Source: Candidatus Limnocylindria bacterium (GTDB lineage Bacteria; Chloroflexota; Limnocylindria; P2-11E). From it: a DNA stretch of 64,000 nt. A program made the translations under genes and the position numbers. This document shows positions 19,678 through 27,433 of this stretch, piece by piece. The stretch lies in contig DATCPK010000161.1 of NCBI GenBank assembly GCA_036570125.1, positions 4,224 to 68,223 on the forward strand, in the 5' to 3' direction. The notes below the pieces were generated by a model, which worked only from the letters and a program-made list of their open reading frames with translations, did not search any database and was not told the DNA's origin. Each line of letters begins with the position of its first letter. Within the stretch, counting starts at the first letter, position 1.

Positions 19678-20362
19678 GCTCCCCCGCGTCTTTGGCCGGC
19701 GCCACGACCACCGTGATCTCGCCTTTTGGGCGGTCGGAAGCATAGTGCGCCGCCAGTTCCGACGCCGACCCGCGGACGATCTCCTCGTGCAGCTTCGTCA
19801 TCTCGCGGGCCACCGCGACTAGCGCATCAGGTGCGACCGCGGCGAGGTCTGCCAGCAGGTCGCCGACGCGAAACGGGCTCTCGTACAGAACGACCGTGCG
19901 GCCCGCCGCGAGGAGCTCGGTGAGCTCGCGCCGCCGTGCGCCGCTCTTCTTCTCAAGAAAACCGACGAACGTGAACTCGCGTGTTGGCAACCCCGACGCC
20001 ACGAGCGCCGCGATCGCCGCGGCCGGGCCCGGGATCGGCACCACCTCGTGACCTGCCGCGATCGCGGCGACGACGAGCTGCTCGCCGGGATCGGACAGAC
20101 CGGGCGTGCCGGCATCGGTCACGAGCGCCACATCCCATCCGCGGTCCATCTGACCCACCAGCTCGGCAACCTTGCGACGGTGATTGAATTCTGTATAGCT
20201 CGTCAGATGCTTCGCGCGGATCTCATGCTTGCGCAGAAGGATCTGCGTATGTCGCGTGTCCTCGCACGCGACCATGTGGACCTCCTGCAGGATCCGCAGC
20301 GCGCGCAGCGAGACGTCCTCGAGATTGCCGATCGGCGTCGCTACGAGATAGAGCTTGCCTAT
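19640..20362 (-). CDS. rsmI: 16S rRNA (cytidine1402-2'-O)-methyltransferase RsmI.
   Basis: Conserved N-terminus GKLYLVATPIGNLEDVSLRALRILQEVHMVACEDTRHT is encoded in frame upstream of the ATG given in the ORF track. No ATG/GTG/TTG precedes it; a non-canonical ATA at 20362..20360 overlaps the NIPSNAP stop (ATAG). Confidence 0.75.
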   Translation of the reverse strand: MGKLYLVATPIGNLEDVSLRALRILQEVHMVACEDTRHTQILLRKHEIRAKHLTSYTEFNHRRKVAELVGQMDRGWDVALVTDAGTPGLSDPGEQLVVAAIAAGHEVVPIPGPAAAIAALVASGLPTREFTFVGFLEKKSGARRRELTELLAAGRTVVLYESPFRVGDLLADLAAVAPDALVAVAREMTKLHEEIVRGSASELAAHYASDRPKGEITVVVAPAKDAGEHVREEREPGSER

Positions 20363-20694
20363 GCGATGGGGACCTTCGGCGCGTAGGGGGCGGCGACGAG
20401 CACGCGATCTTCGATCTCGCCGACCAGGTCACCGTGCTCGGCGTTGGTCACGCGCTTGATCTCTTTCCACTCCTCGTCGGCCCTGAACTGGCGCCAGGCT
20501 GTTTCCATCGTCGCCACATCCGGCCAGCTCAGCAGGTAGACGAACTCCAAGCGCCGGGCGGTCTTGGATTCCCACATGGCGACGAACTCGAAGCCGTACG
20601 TCCGCATGATGCGCATCGCCTGGTCGCGGAAACGAGCGTGGAAAGCGGCCTTGTTACGTTCGAAGATCTCGTACACGCGGAGCTGATGGATCAA
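20359..20694 (-). CDS. NIPSNAP-family (dimeric alpha/beta barrel) protein.
   Basis: 111 aa. MIHQLRVYEIF...FVAMWES pattern typical of NIPSNAP. Confidence 0.5.
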   Translation of the reverse strand: MIHQLRVYEIFERNKAAFHARFRDQAMRIMRTYGFEFVAMWESKTARRLEFVYLLSWPDVATMETAWRQFRADEEWKEIKRVTNAEHGDLVGEIEDRVLVAAPYAPKVPIA

Positions 20695-20744
20695 CCCGCA
20701 CCTCCACCCTCGATTCTGGCAGGGACGGCTGCCATCATCCGCCC

Positions 20745-21425
20745 GTGAGCTCGCAACGGCGGATCCTCGTGGTCGACGACGACGATCGTCTCGCAGCGTC
20801 GCTCCGCCGAGCGCTTATCTATGAGGGCCATACCGTCGACATCGCCGGCGATGGTCCGGGCGCGCTGGTCGCCGCGCGCGATCGCCCGCCGGACCTGGTC
20901 GTGCTCGACGTCATGCTGCCGGGGATGGACGGCGTAGAAGTCTGCCGACGATTACGGGATGGATCGGACCTCCCGATCCTGATGCTGACCGCGCGCGACG
21001 CCGTCTCCGATCGCGTCGCCGGGCTTGACGCTGGAGCGGACGACTACCTCGTGAAGCCATTCGCGTACGACGAGCTCCTGGCGCGCGTGCGCGCGCTCCT
21101 GCGGCGGCGGGAGCCAGGCGGCCGCGGGATCCTGCAGTGCGCGGACCTCGTCATGGACGTATCGCGACACGAGGTCCGGCGCGGGGATCGCGCGATCGAG
21201 CTGACCGCGCTCCAATTCGATGTCCTCGAGCATTTCCTCAGGCATCAGGATCAGGTGCTCGATCGCGATCGGCTGCTCGTCGCCGTGTGGGGGATCGACA
21301 GCGACGCCGTCTCGAACGTCGTCGACGTTACCGTTGCCGGGCTCCGCGCTCGGATCGAGTCCGACGACCGTCCGCGACTGCTGCACACGGTGCGCGGCGT
21401 CGGCTACGTCCTGCGGGAGCGATAG
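20745..21425 (+). CDS. OmpR-family response regulator (receiver plus winged-helix).
   Basis: ILVVDDD, DLVVLDVMLPGMDG, C-terminal VRGVGYVL. Confidence 0.9.
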   Translation: MSSQRRILVVDDDDRLAASLRRALIYEGHTVDIAGDGPGALVAARDRPPDLVVLDVMLPGMDGVEVCRRLRDGSDLPILMLTARDAVSDRVAGLDAGADDYLVKPFAYDELLARVRALLRRREPGGRGILQCADLVMDVSRHEVRRGDRAIELTALQFDVLEHFLRHQDQVLDRDRLLVAVWGIDSDAVSNVVDVTVAGLRARIESDDRPRLLHTVRGVGYVLRER

Positions 21426-22844
21426 ATGCCACTCCGACGACAGCTCGCACTCTACGGGACCAGCGTCGCGGCAGCCGGAATGTTGGTGTTCATCCTCCTG
21501 CTGTCCGGCCTCGGGGCGAACGGCGTCCGCGAAGATCAGGACCGCAACCTGACCGCGATGGCCGATGCGGCCGCGACCGCGCTGCAGCGCGGCGACGCCA
21601 CACCGAACGCGGCGCGGTCGCTTCTGGTGACCGATCTGGCCATCAGCACCGATCCGTTCATCCTCCTGCTGACGCCCGACGGATCGGTTCGGTACACGTC
21701 GGGGCTGCTCGGTGGCGTGCCGCCGCGTATTCCGGCCGCCGTGATCGTCGAGGCGAACGAGCGGGGTCGCTCGGTAGCGACCATCTCGGCCGCCGGCGCG
21801 GCCGGCGGTGGCGCGGATGCCGGTCTGCGCGTGGTGGCGCGCAAATGGACGAGCGCGTCGGACAGCGGGATCGTCGTCGCGGGCCAATCGACCGCGTTTC
21901 CGGCAAATCAGATCACCGGGCTACGGACATTTCTGGTGATCGCCGCGATCGTGACGCTCATCGTCGTCGCGATCGTGTCATGGCTCGTCGCGGGACGCGC
22001 CGTCCGGCCGCTCGTGACTCTCGCGCAGACGACCGAAGCGATCGGCGCGACCGGAGATCTCTCGCGGCGTCTCGCGCTCAGCAAGAACCGCGACGAGGTC
22101 GGCCGGCTCACGACGAGCTTCAACGCGATGATCGAGCGGCTGCAGTCGTCGCAGGCCGACCTTGGCGCGGCGCTCGCCGCTCAGCAGCGATTCGTCGCTG
22201 ACGCATCGCATGAGCTCCGGACGCCGCTCTCGACCATTCGCACGAACGCGGAGTTCCTGCGCGAGCGACCCGATGCGACGGTGGACGATCGAAGCGCCGC
22301 GATCGGCGACATCGTGAGCGAAGCGGAGCGCATGAGTAAGCTCGTCGAGGGCCTTCTCGTCCTCGCGCGCGCCGACGCCGGCATCGCCATCGAACGTCGA
22401 CCCGTGGACCTTCGAGCGGTCGCGGCAGAGGAGGCGCGGCGCGTTCGGCCACCCGGGCGTGTCCGCGACGAGACAGAGACGGTTCGCGTCACGGCGGATG
22501 GATCGGCCCTCGTCTCGGGCGATGCCGAGGCCCTGGGTCGGGTCGTCAGATCCCTCCTCGACAACGCGTTTCGGCACGGCAAGCCGCCGGTCGCGATCAC
22601 CATCGGCCGACGCGATGGTCGTATCCAGCTCGAGGTCAGCGACGCCGGGACCGGGCTGCCCCAGGGCAGCGAGGAGCGGATCTTCGAGCGCTTCTATCGC
22701 GCCGATCCCGCGCGAAGCGGAGAGGGCACGGGCCTCGGGCTGTCGATCGCTCAGGCGATCGTCAAATCGCACGGCGGCACGATCCGAGCTGCAAACATTG
22801 ATGGCGGCGGCACGACAGTGACGATTGAGCTTCCGGCGCTCTAA
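21426..22844 (+). CDS. Sensor histidine kinase (2 TM, HAMP, HisKA, HATPase_c).
   Basis: H-box ASHELRTPLSTI. N and G boxes (DNAFRHG, GTGLGLSIA). Confidence 0.9.
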   Translation: MPLRRQLALYGTSVAAAGMLVFILLLSGLGANGVREDQDRNLTAMADAAATALQRGDATPNAARSLLVTDLAISTDPFILLLTPDGSVRYTSGLLGGVPPRIPAAVIVEANERGRSVATISAAGAAGGGADAGLRVVARKWTSASDSGIVVAGQSTAFPANQITGLRTFLVIAAIVTLIVVAIVSWLVAGRAVRPLVTLAQTTEAIGATGDLSRRLALSKNRDEVGRLTTSFNAMIERLQSSQADLGAALAAQQRFVADASHELRTPLSTIRTNAEFLRERPDATVDDRSAAIGDIVSEAERMSKLVEGLLVLARADAGIAIERRPVDLRAVAAEEARRVRPPGRVRDETETVRVTADGSALVSGDAEALGRVVRSLLDNAFRHGKPPVAITIGRRDGRIQLEVSDAGTGLPQGSEERIFERFYRADPARSGEGTGLGLSIAQAIVKSHGGTIRAANIDGGGTTVTIELPAL

Positions 22845-22863
22845 GCGCAGCGGTCTAAGGAGC

Positions 22864-22942
22864 GTCGGGGTCTTCTGAGCGAGCGGCCCCTGCGAACGGT
22901 CCATCGCGATCCCACGAGGGGCCGAGCGAAGAAGACCCCGGC
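22864..22942 (+). other. Nested inverted-repeat RNA structure in the intergenic region downstream of the kinase.
   Basis: Outer 11-bp stem CGGGGTCTTCT / AGAAGACCCCG encloses an inner 7-bp stem GGCCCCT / AGGGGCC. Confidence 0.35.
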
Positions 22943-23038
22943 GCTCCGGCAACTCTGAGACGGGTGCGCTACCGAGCGCTCATCAAGGCCTCATCTTCCG
23001 GCCATCCAGCCCTCATGCGCGCGTTCGAGGATTGCCCC

Positions 23039-23467
23039 ATGGAAACAACTCGACGACCTAGCGACGACCTTCTCGATGTCGCGCGAGCTCTCCTGCTCTT
23101 TCAAGGAGCGATCCTCGTTGCGACGACGATCGAAGCCCTCGTGTGGGCCGTGCTCTTTCCCGGCGCGAACGCTTCGCCCGCGCTGATGAGTGGCGCGTCG
23201 GCGGTGGTCATCCTCGTCGGGCGCGTTCGGCTGCGGGCCGATCGGCGCTGGGCACGGCGGCTCATCTACTTCGTCGAAGGGCTCATCCTCGTGACCGCGG
23301 CCGTTAACGTCGCGATCGGACTGGTGCTCGCGCACGCGCTCCCGCCGATCGTCGCCATCGGGACCCAGGTGGTCCTCCCTGTTGCGGCGATCGCGCTGCT
23401 TCGCCGCTCGGCTCGCCTCCCGCGGACCGCGGCGCCGATGACTCCCGTTCTGGAAGGTGCGGCATGA
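23039..23467 (+). CDS. Hypothetical membrane protein (3-4 TM).
   Basis: Start at METTRRP with GAGG 8 nt upstream; the longer 22964 start would add a non-membrane leader. Confidence 0.4.
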   Translation: METTRRPSDDLLDVARALLLFQGAILVATTIEALVWAVLFPGANASPALMSGASAVVILVGRVRLRADRRWARRLIYFVEGLILVTAAVNVAIGLVLAHALPPIVAIGTQVVLPVAAIALLRRSARLPRTAAPMTPVLEGAA

Positions 23468-24645
23468 ATGTGGCGCTCCTCGCGCACATCGGACACGTCG
23501 CGGGCGGCAACCCGCTCTATCAGATCGGCGCCGAGCACGTGGCCGGGCTGATCGCCCTCGGCGCGCTGCCGGTCGTCTGGTGGCTCTTCCTCCGACGGGG
23601 CATTCCCGCGCTCGCACCTATCGAGTGGCTTCTCGCCGGTCTGCTCGGTGCGTCGGCCGCGATCCACGCCGGGCTCGCCATCGTCGCCGACCACGGTTTC
23701 GTCCTCAGCGTCCTCTTCGCCGTCGATGCGCTCTTGCTCACGGTCGTCGCGCGACGAGTGCTCCTCGGGTCATCGGTGGGGCGCCTCGGCGTCGCGGTGC
23801 TCGTGGGGTCGATCGTGGCGTACTGGGGATCGGCCGTGAGCGGCGAGGCGCCCGACCAGGTCGGCCTCGCCACAAAGCTCTGCGAGATCCTCGCCCTCGC
23901 GATCGTCTTGCGGCCCACGGTGGCGCCGACCTCCAGGTGGCGCGTCGCGCTCTCGCTCGGGCGATCGCTCGCCGTCATCGTGCTCGTCGTCGGCACCGGC
24001 GCGACCTCGTGGATCGGCGCGTTCCGCGCCTCCGCCGCCGATCCCGCTGCGCTGTCCGGACACCAGATCCACGGCGGCCCGGTCGCGCCTCCAGGCATGG
24101 TCATGCCCGTCGTCCCGACACGGGATGCCACGCCCGCCGAACGCGTCGCGGCGAACGATCTGATCATGGCCGCACGGAAGGCTCTCGCGCCCTACGCCGA
24201 CATCAGTGTCGCCGCGGCCGACGGCTACAACGTGAAGGGCATCGTCGGGATCGACTTCCACGCCGGTAACCCGGCGAACGAGAACGACGGCCGCATCCTC
24301 GACGTCGCCCACCCCGAGACACTCGTGTATGCGGTCGCGCCGAATGGACAGCCCGTTCTCATGGGCGCGATGTTCCTCATGCCGAAGATCGGCGAACCCG
24401 GGCCAACGATCGGTGGCCCGCTGACCGTTTGGCACGCCCATCAGCACGTCTGCATCTCGCTGACGCCGCCCGGGCTCGCAGGCCTGCTCAGCCCACTCGG
24501 GATGTGTCCGGTCGGCACGATCGATCTCGCGCTGACCGCGGAGATGATCCACATCTGGATCGTGCCCGGCGCACCCGAACCCTTCGGCGACCTCGACGAC
24601 GCGTGGAAGCGCGCGTACCTGCAAGCCGTCGCCGCGCGACCCTGA
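23464..24645 (+). CDS. Hypothetical polytopic membrane protein with a C-terminal soluble His-rich domain.
   Basis: ATGA overlap with the upstream ORF. 6-7 TM segments. C-terminal WHAHQHVCISL. Confidence 0.45.
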   Translation: MNVALLAHIGHVAGGNPLYQIGAEHVAGLIALGALPVVWWLFLRRGIPALAPIEWLLAGLLGASAAIHAGLAIVADHGFVLSVLFAVDALLLTVVARRVLLGSSVGRLGVAVLVGSIVAYWGSAVSGEAPDQVGLATKLCEILALAIVLRPTVAPTSRWRVALSLGRSLAVIVLVVGTGATSWIGAFRASAADPAALSGHQIHGGPVAPPGMVMPVVPTRDATPAERVAANDLIMAARKALAPYADISVAAADGYNVKGIVGIDFHAGNPANENDGRILDVAHPETLVYAVAPNGQPVLMGAMFLMPKIGEPGPTIGGPLTVWHAHQHVCISLTPPGLAGLLSPLGMCPVGTIDLALTAEMIHIWIVPGAPEPFGDLDDAWKRAYLQAVAARP

Positions 24646-24667
24646 CTAGCGCGCGTCCGCCGGTGGG

Positions 24668-25414
24668 CTAGACGCTACCGGCCGTGGGTCTAAGCGACTG
24701 CGCGATCGCGATGCCCACGAGAACGACGGCGCCGCCCGCGATCTGCAGCGGGTCGAGATGCTCGCCGAGCGCGATCCACGCGGCGACCGCCGCAACCACG
24801 GGCTCGAACGTCGCCGCGAGACCAACGCGCGCCGCGGGAATGAGCCGAACGGCAGCGAGCGTCAACGCGAACGGGATCACCGTCGCGATCACCACGACCG
24901 CGGCGATCTGAACGTAGCCTTCCGCGCTCGTCTCGGCCCACGGGAGAAGCCACGGCGGCCGAATCACGCTCCAGCCGGCCAGCGCGAAGCCGAAGCCCCA
25001 TACCAGGAGCGTCGGTGTGCCATACGTCTTGCCCAGCCGTTCACCGAGCGCGAAGTACAGCGCGAAGATGAATGAGTCCATCGCGGCCAGCGCGAGACCG
25101 AGCGCGTTGAGCTCGCGCAATCGCGCGTCGTATGCCCCCGCGGCGAAGAAGCATCCGAGGACCGCGAGCGCGGCGGCGATCCACAGGCGCCTCCCGACCG
25201 CGCGCCCGCGAAGCCGCGCATAGATAAGGAGCAGGACCGGTCCGGTGTATTCGATGACGAGCGCAACGCCGACTGGGATGCGCTTGATCGCCTCGTAATA
25301 GATGAGCGACACACCTGCGAGGCCCACCACACCGAAGATCGCGAAGAGCGGCAGGTCGGATCGACGAATGCGTAGATCAACCCTCAGAGCAGCAAAGATC
25401 GAAACGAAAACCAA
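24668..25414 (-). CDS. EamA/DMT superfamily transporter.
   Basis: Repeated EamA-type TM helices. The ORF track starts at a TTG, but a further conserved TM1 (YTFALTAAAFFGIGGIIAKAAF) is encoded in frame upstream with no canonical start; a possible CTG at 25552. Confidence 0.7.
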   Translation of the reverse strand: MVFVSIFAALRVDLRIRRSDLPLFAIFGVVGLAGVSLIYYEAIKRIPVGVALVIEYTGPVLLLIYARLRGRAVGRRLWIAAALAVLGCFFAAGAYDARLRELNALGLALAAMDSFIFALYFALGERLGKTYGTPTLLVWGFGFALAGWSVIRPPWLLPWAETSAEGYVQIAAVVVIATVIPFALTLAAVRLIPAARVGLAATFEPVVAAVAAWIALGEHLDPLQIAGGAVVLVGIAIAQSLRPTAGSV

Positions 25415-25704
25415 GAAAGCGAAGAGGACACGCCACTCCGCGAGAATCGACGGAGCTACACCAGAGTTGAATGCCGCCTTCGCAATGATTCCTCCGATAC
25501 CGAAGAAAGCGGCTGCTGTGAGCGCGAATGTGTAGCCGAGTCCGACGCGCAGCGGCGGCGCTGCGACGGCACCCGCGGGGTCGACCGAGGGCCCCCGCGC
25601 GCTGGGGTGCCGGCCGAGGCGTCCGAGGCCGGGGGGACCCCGGCGCGAAGAGAGGGTATCGGTCGACCCCGCGGAGTCCGACCCCGCGTCCCCAGGCGTG
25701 GAGC

Positions 25705-26580
25705 TCAGTCAGCTTCCCAGTCGCGCGGATAGAGGAAATCGTGTCCGACGGTGCGGAGGCTGAGCTTCGCGATGAGCGGCATCACGCGCTTGTAGTGGTT
25801 GCGGCGGACCATCTCGCGAATGCGCGTGACCAGCTGAGCGTTGAATCCGTGTTCGATGAGCTCTGCGGGCCGCAGGCGGCGATCGACCATGTGATACAGG
25901 ACGAGATCGGCGTCGGCGTAGGTGAAGCCGAGCTCGCCCTCGTCGGTCTGCCCCTCCCAGAGCTCCGCGGTCGGCGGTTTGCGCACGATCGCTTCGGGGA
26001 TGCCGATCGAGAGCGCGAGCTCGCGAAGCTGCGTCTTGTACAGGTCGCCGACCGGATTGATGCCGCACGCCATATCGCCGAATTGCGTGCCGTAGCCCAG
26101 CAGCAGCTCGGTCTTGTTGCTCGTGCCGAGGACGATCCCGTCCGGCCACGATCGGTCGTACTCGATGCTTTTGCGCTCGCGCGCCATCTTGTTCCCGATG
26201 CGCACCCGGTCGACCTTCTTGCCGAGCTGCGCGAAGTACGCGTCGACCTGCTCGGTGATCGGAACCTCCTCGAGCGTGAAGCCGAACTTCCGCGATAGCT
26301 CGCGCGCGTGCTCGCGCGACTCGCCGGAGGACGATCGATAGGGCGTGAACAGTCCGAGCACGTTCTCCGCCCCGAGCGCCAGCGTCGCGAGCGCGACGGT
26401 CACCGCGCTGTCCACACCGCCGGAAACGCCGACGACGGCGCGCGCAAGGCGCGCCTTCGCGATCTCGTCGCGGATGAAGAGGACGAGCATCTTTCGGACG
26501 AGCGCTTCGTCGATCCGCAGCGGCGATGGATCCTTCGGGTCCGGGTGGATGACTCCCGTCCGCACGAAAGCGCTAGTCAC
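25705..26580 (-). CDS. nadE: NH3-dependent NAD+ synthetase.
   Basis: P-loop VVGVSGGVDS, core blocks and C-terminal region. GTG start 2 nt after the stop of the CN-hydrolase gene. Confidence 0.9.
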   Translation of the reverse strand: MTSAFVRTGVIHPDPKDPSPLRIDEALVRKMLVLFIRDEIAKARLARAVVGVSGGVDSAVTVALATLALGAENVLGLFTPYRSSSGESREHARELSRKFGFTLEEVPITEQVDAYFAQLGKKVDRVRIGNKMARERKSIEYDRSWPDGIVLGTSNKTELLLGYGTQFGDMACGINPVGDLYKTQLRELALSIGIPEAIVRKPPTAELWEGQTDEGELGFTYADADLVLYHMVDRRLRPAELIEHGFNAQLVTRIREMVRRNHYKRVMPLIAKLSLRTVGHDFLYPRDWEAD

Positions 26581-27433
26581 GGCGATCGAACGGAAGACCG
26601 AGGCGCCCGGCGATATTTCGCAGCACGATGTCCTCGCGCTCGTCGCGCAACAGCGGATTGCGCGCACGTTCGCGAGCGACGAGCTCCGGATCGATCTCGC
26701 CGATGAGAAGCTCCTCGTCGAACTCGGGCGCGCGCGCGGCGACGGTCCCGTCCGGCGCGACGATCTCAGACCCGCCCCAGAACGCGATCCCGTCCTCGTG
26801 CCCGACGCGATTCACGTAGACGACGTACACCGTGAGATACGACGCGTAGAAGCGATCCATCAGCCGGCAGGACTCGGCGGTCCCGAGATCGCCGCCCTCA
26901 GCCACGCCGCGCCCCGGACTCGCAGACGGCGCGAGCACGATCGTCGCGCCGGCCGCCGCGTAGAGGTACGGCGTCGAGACGTGCCACAGGTCCTCGCAGA
27001 TCGCCACGCCGGTCGTACCTCCCGCCCACTGGTATGTCTCGAACCGGTCGCCAGGCCCGAAGTAGCGGCCGTCGTCGAAGATGCCATAGGTCGGCAGGTA
27101 GACCTTGCGATGCACGTGGACGAGCTTCCCGCCCGACCAGTGCCCCTGCGCGATATGCAGCTTCGCGTCGGCGGAGCGCTCGACGAATCCGGCGCTGATG
27201 TCGATGTCGCGCGAGGCCTCCGCGATGCGCGCGAGCTGCGGATCGTCGGCGGCGCACGCCACGTCCGCGGCCAGATCCTTTAGGTAATACCCGGTCAGTG
27301 AAAGCTCGGGAAAGATCACCAGGCGCGCGCCCGCCGCTCTGGCGCGGGCGATCCATTTGTCGTGCATGTCGAGATTGCGTTTCACGGCGCCGAGCGCCGG
27401 CGCGCATTGTGCGATTGCTATGCGGATGCTCAA
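26573..27433 (-). CDS. Carbon-nitrogen hydrolase (nitrilase superfamily); likely the glutaminase partner of NadE.
   Basis: E-K-C triad context: [10 protein letters not shown] and CEDLWH. Co-oriented and overlapping with nadE. Confidence 0.8.
   Translation of the reverse strand: MSIRIAIAQCAPALGAVKRNLDMHDKWIARARAAGARLVIFPELSLTGYYLKDLAADVACAADDPQLARIAEASRDIDISAGFVERSADAKLHIAQGHWSGGKLVHVHRKVYLPTYGIFDDGRYFGPGDRFETYQWAGGTTGVAICEDLWHVSTPYLYAAAGATIVLAPSASPGRGVAEGGDLGTAESCRLMDRFYASYLTVYVVYVNRVGHEDGIAFWGGSEIVAPDGTVAARAPEFDEELLIGEIDPELVARERARNPLLRDEREDIVLRNIAGRLGLPFDRRD

Noticed and set aside
19165-19743. Longer ppa ORF starting at 19743, and longer ATP-grasp, SBP and gcvPB ORFs starting far upstream.
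   Set aside because: The extensions are Arg/Pro-rich low-complexity and overlap upstream genes. Internal Met or GTG starts give ATGA/GTGA junctions and orthologue-like N-termini.
22855-22860. Perfect AAGGAG Shine-Dalgarno immediately after the kinase stop.
   Set aside because: No ATG, GTG or TTG within 5-12 nt downstream (GTC and GGG codons follow). Treated as part of the structured region, not a gene start.
25528-26298. Plus-strand 256-aa ORF covering the EamA-nadE gap and part of nadE.
   Set aside because: Low-complexity translation. The region is better explained by the minus-strand EamA N-terminal extension and by nadE.
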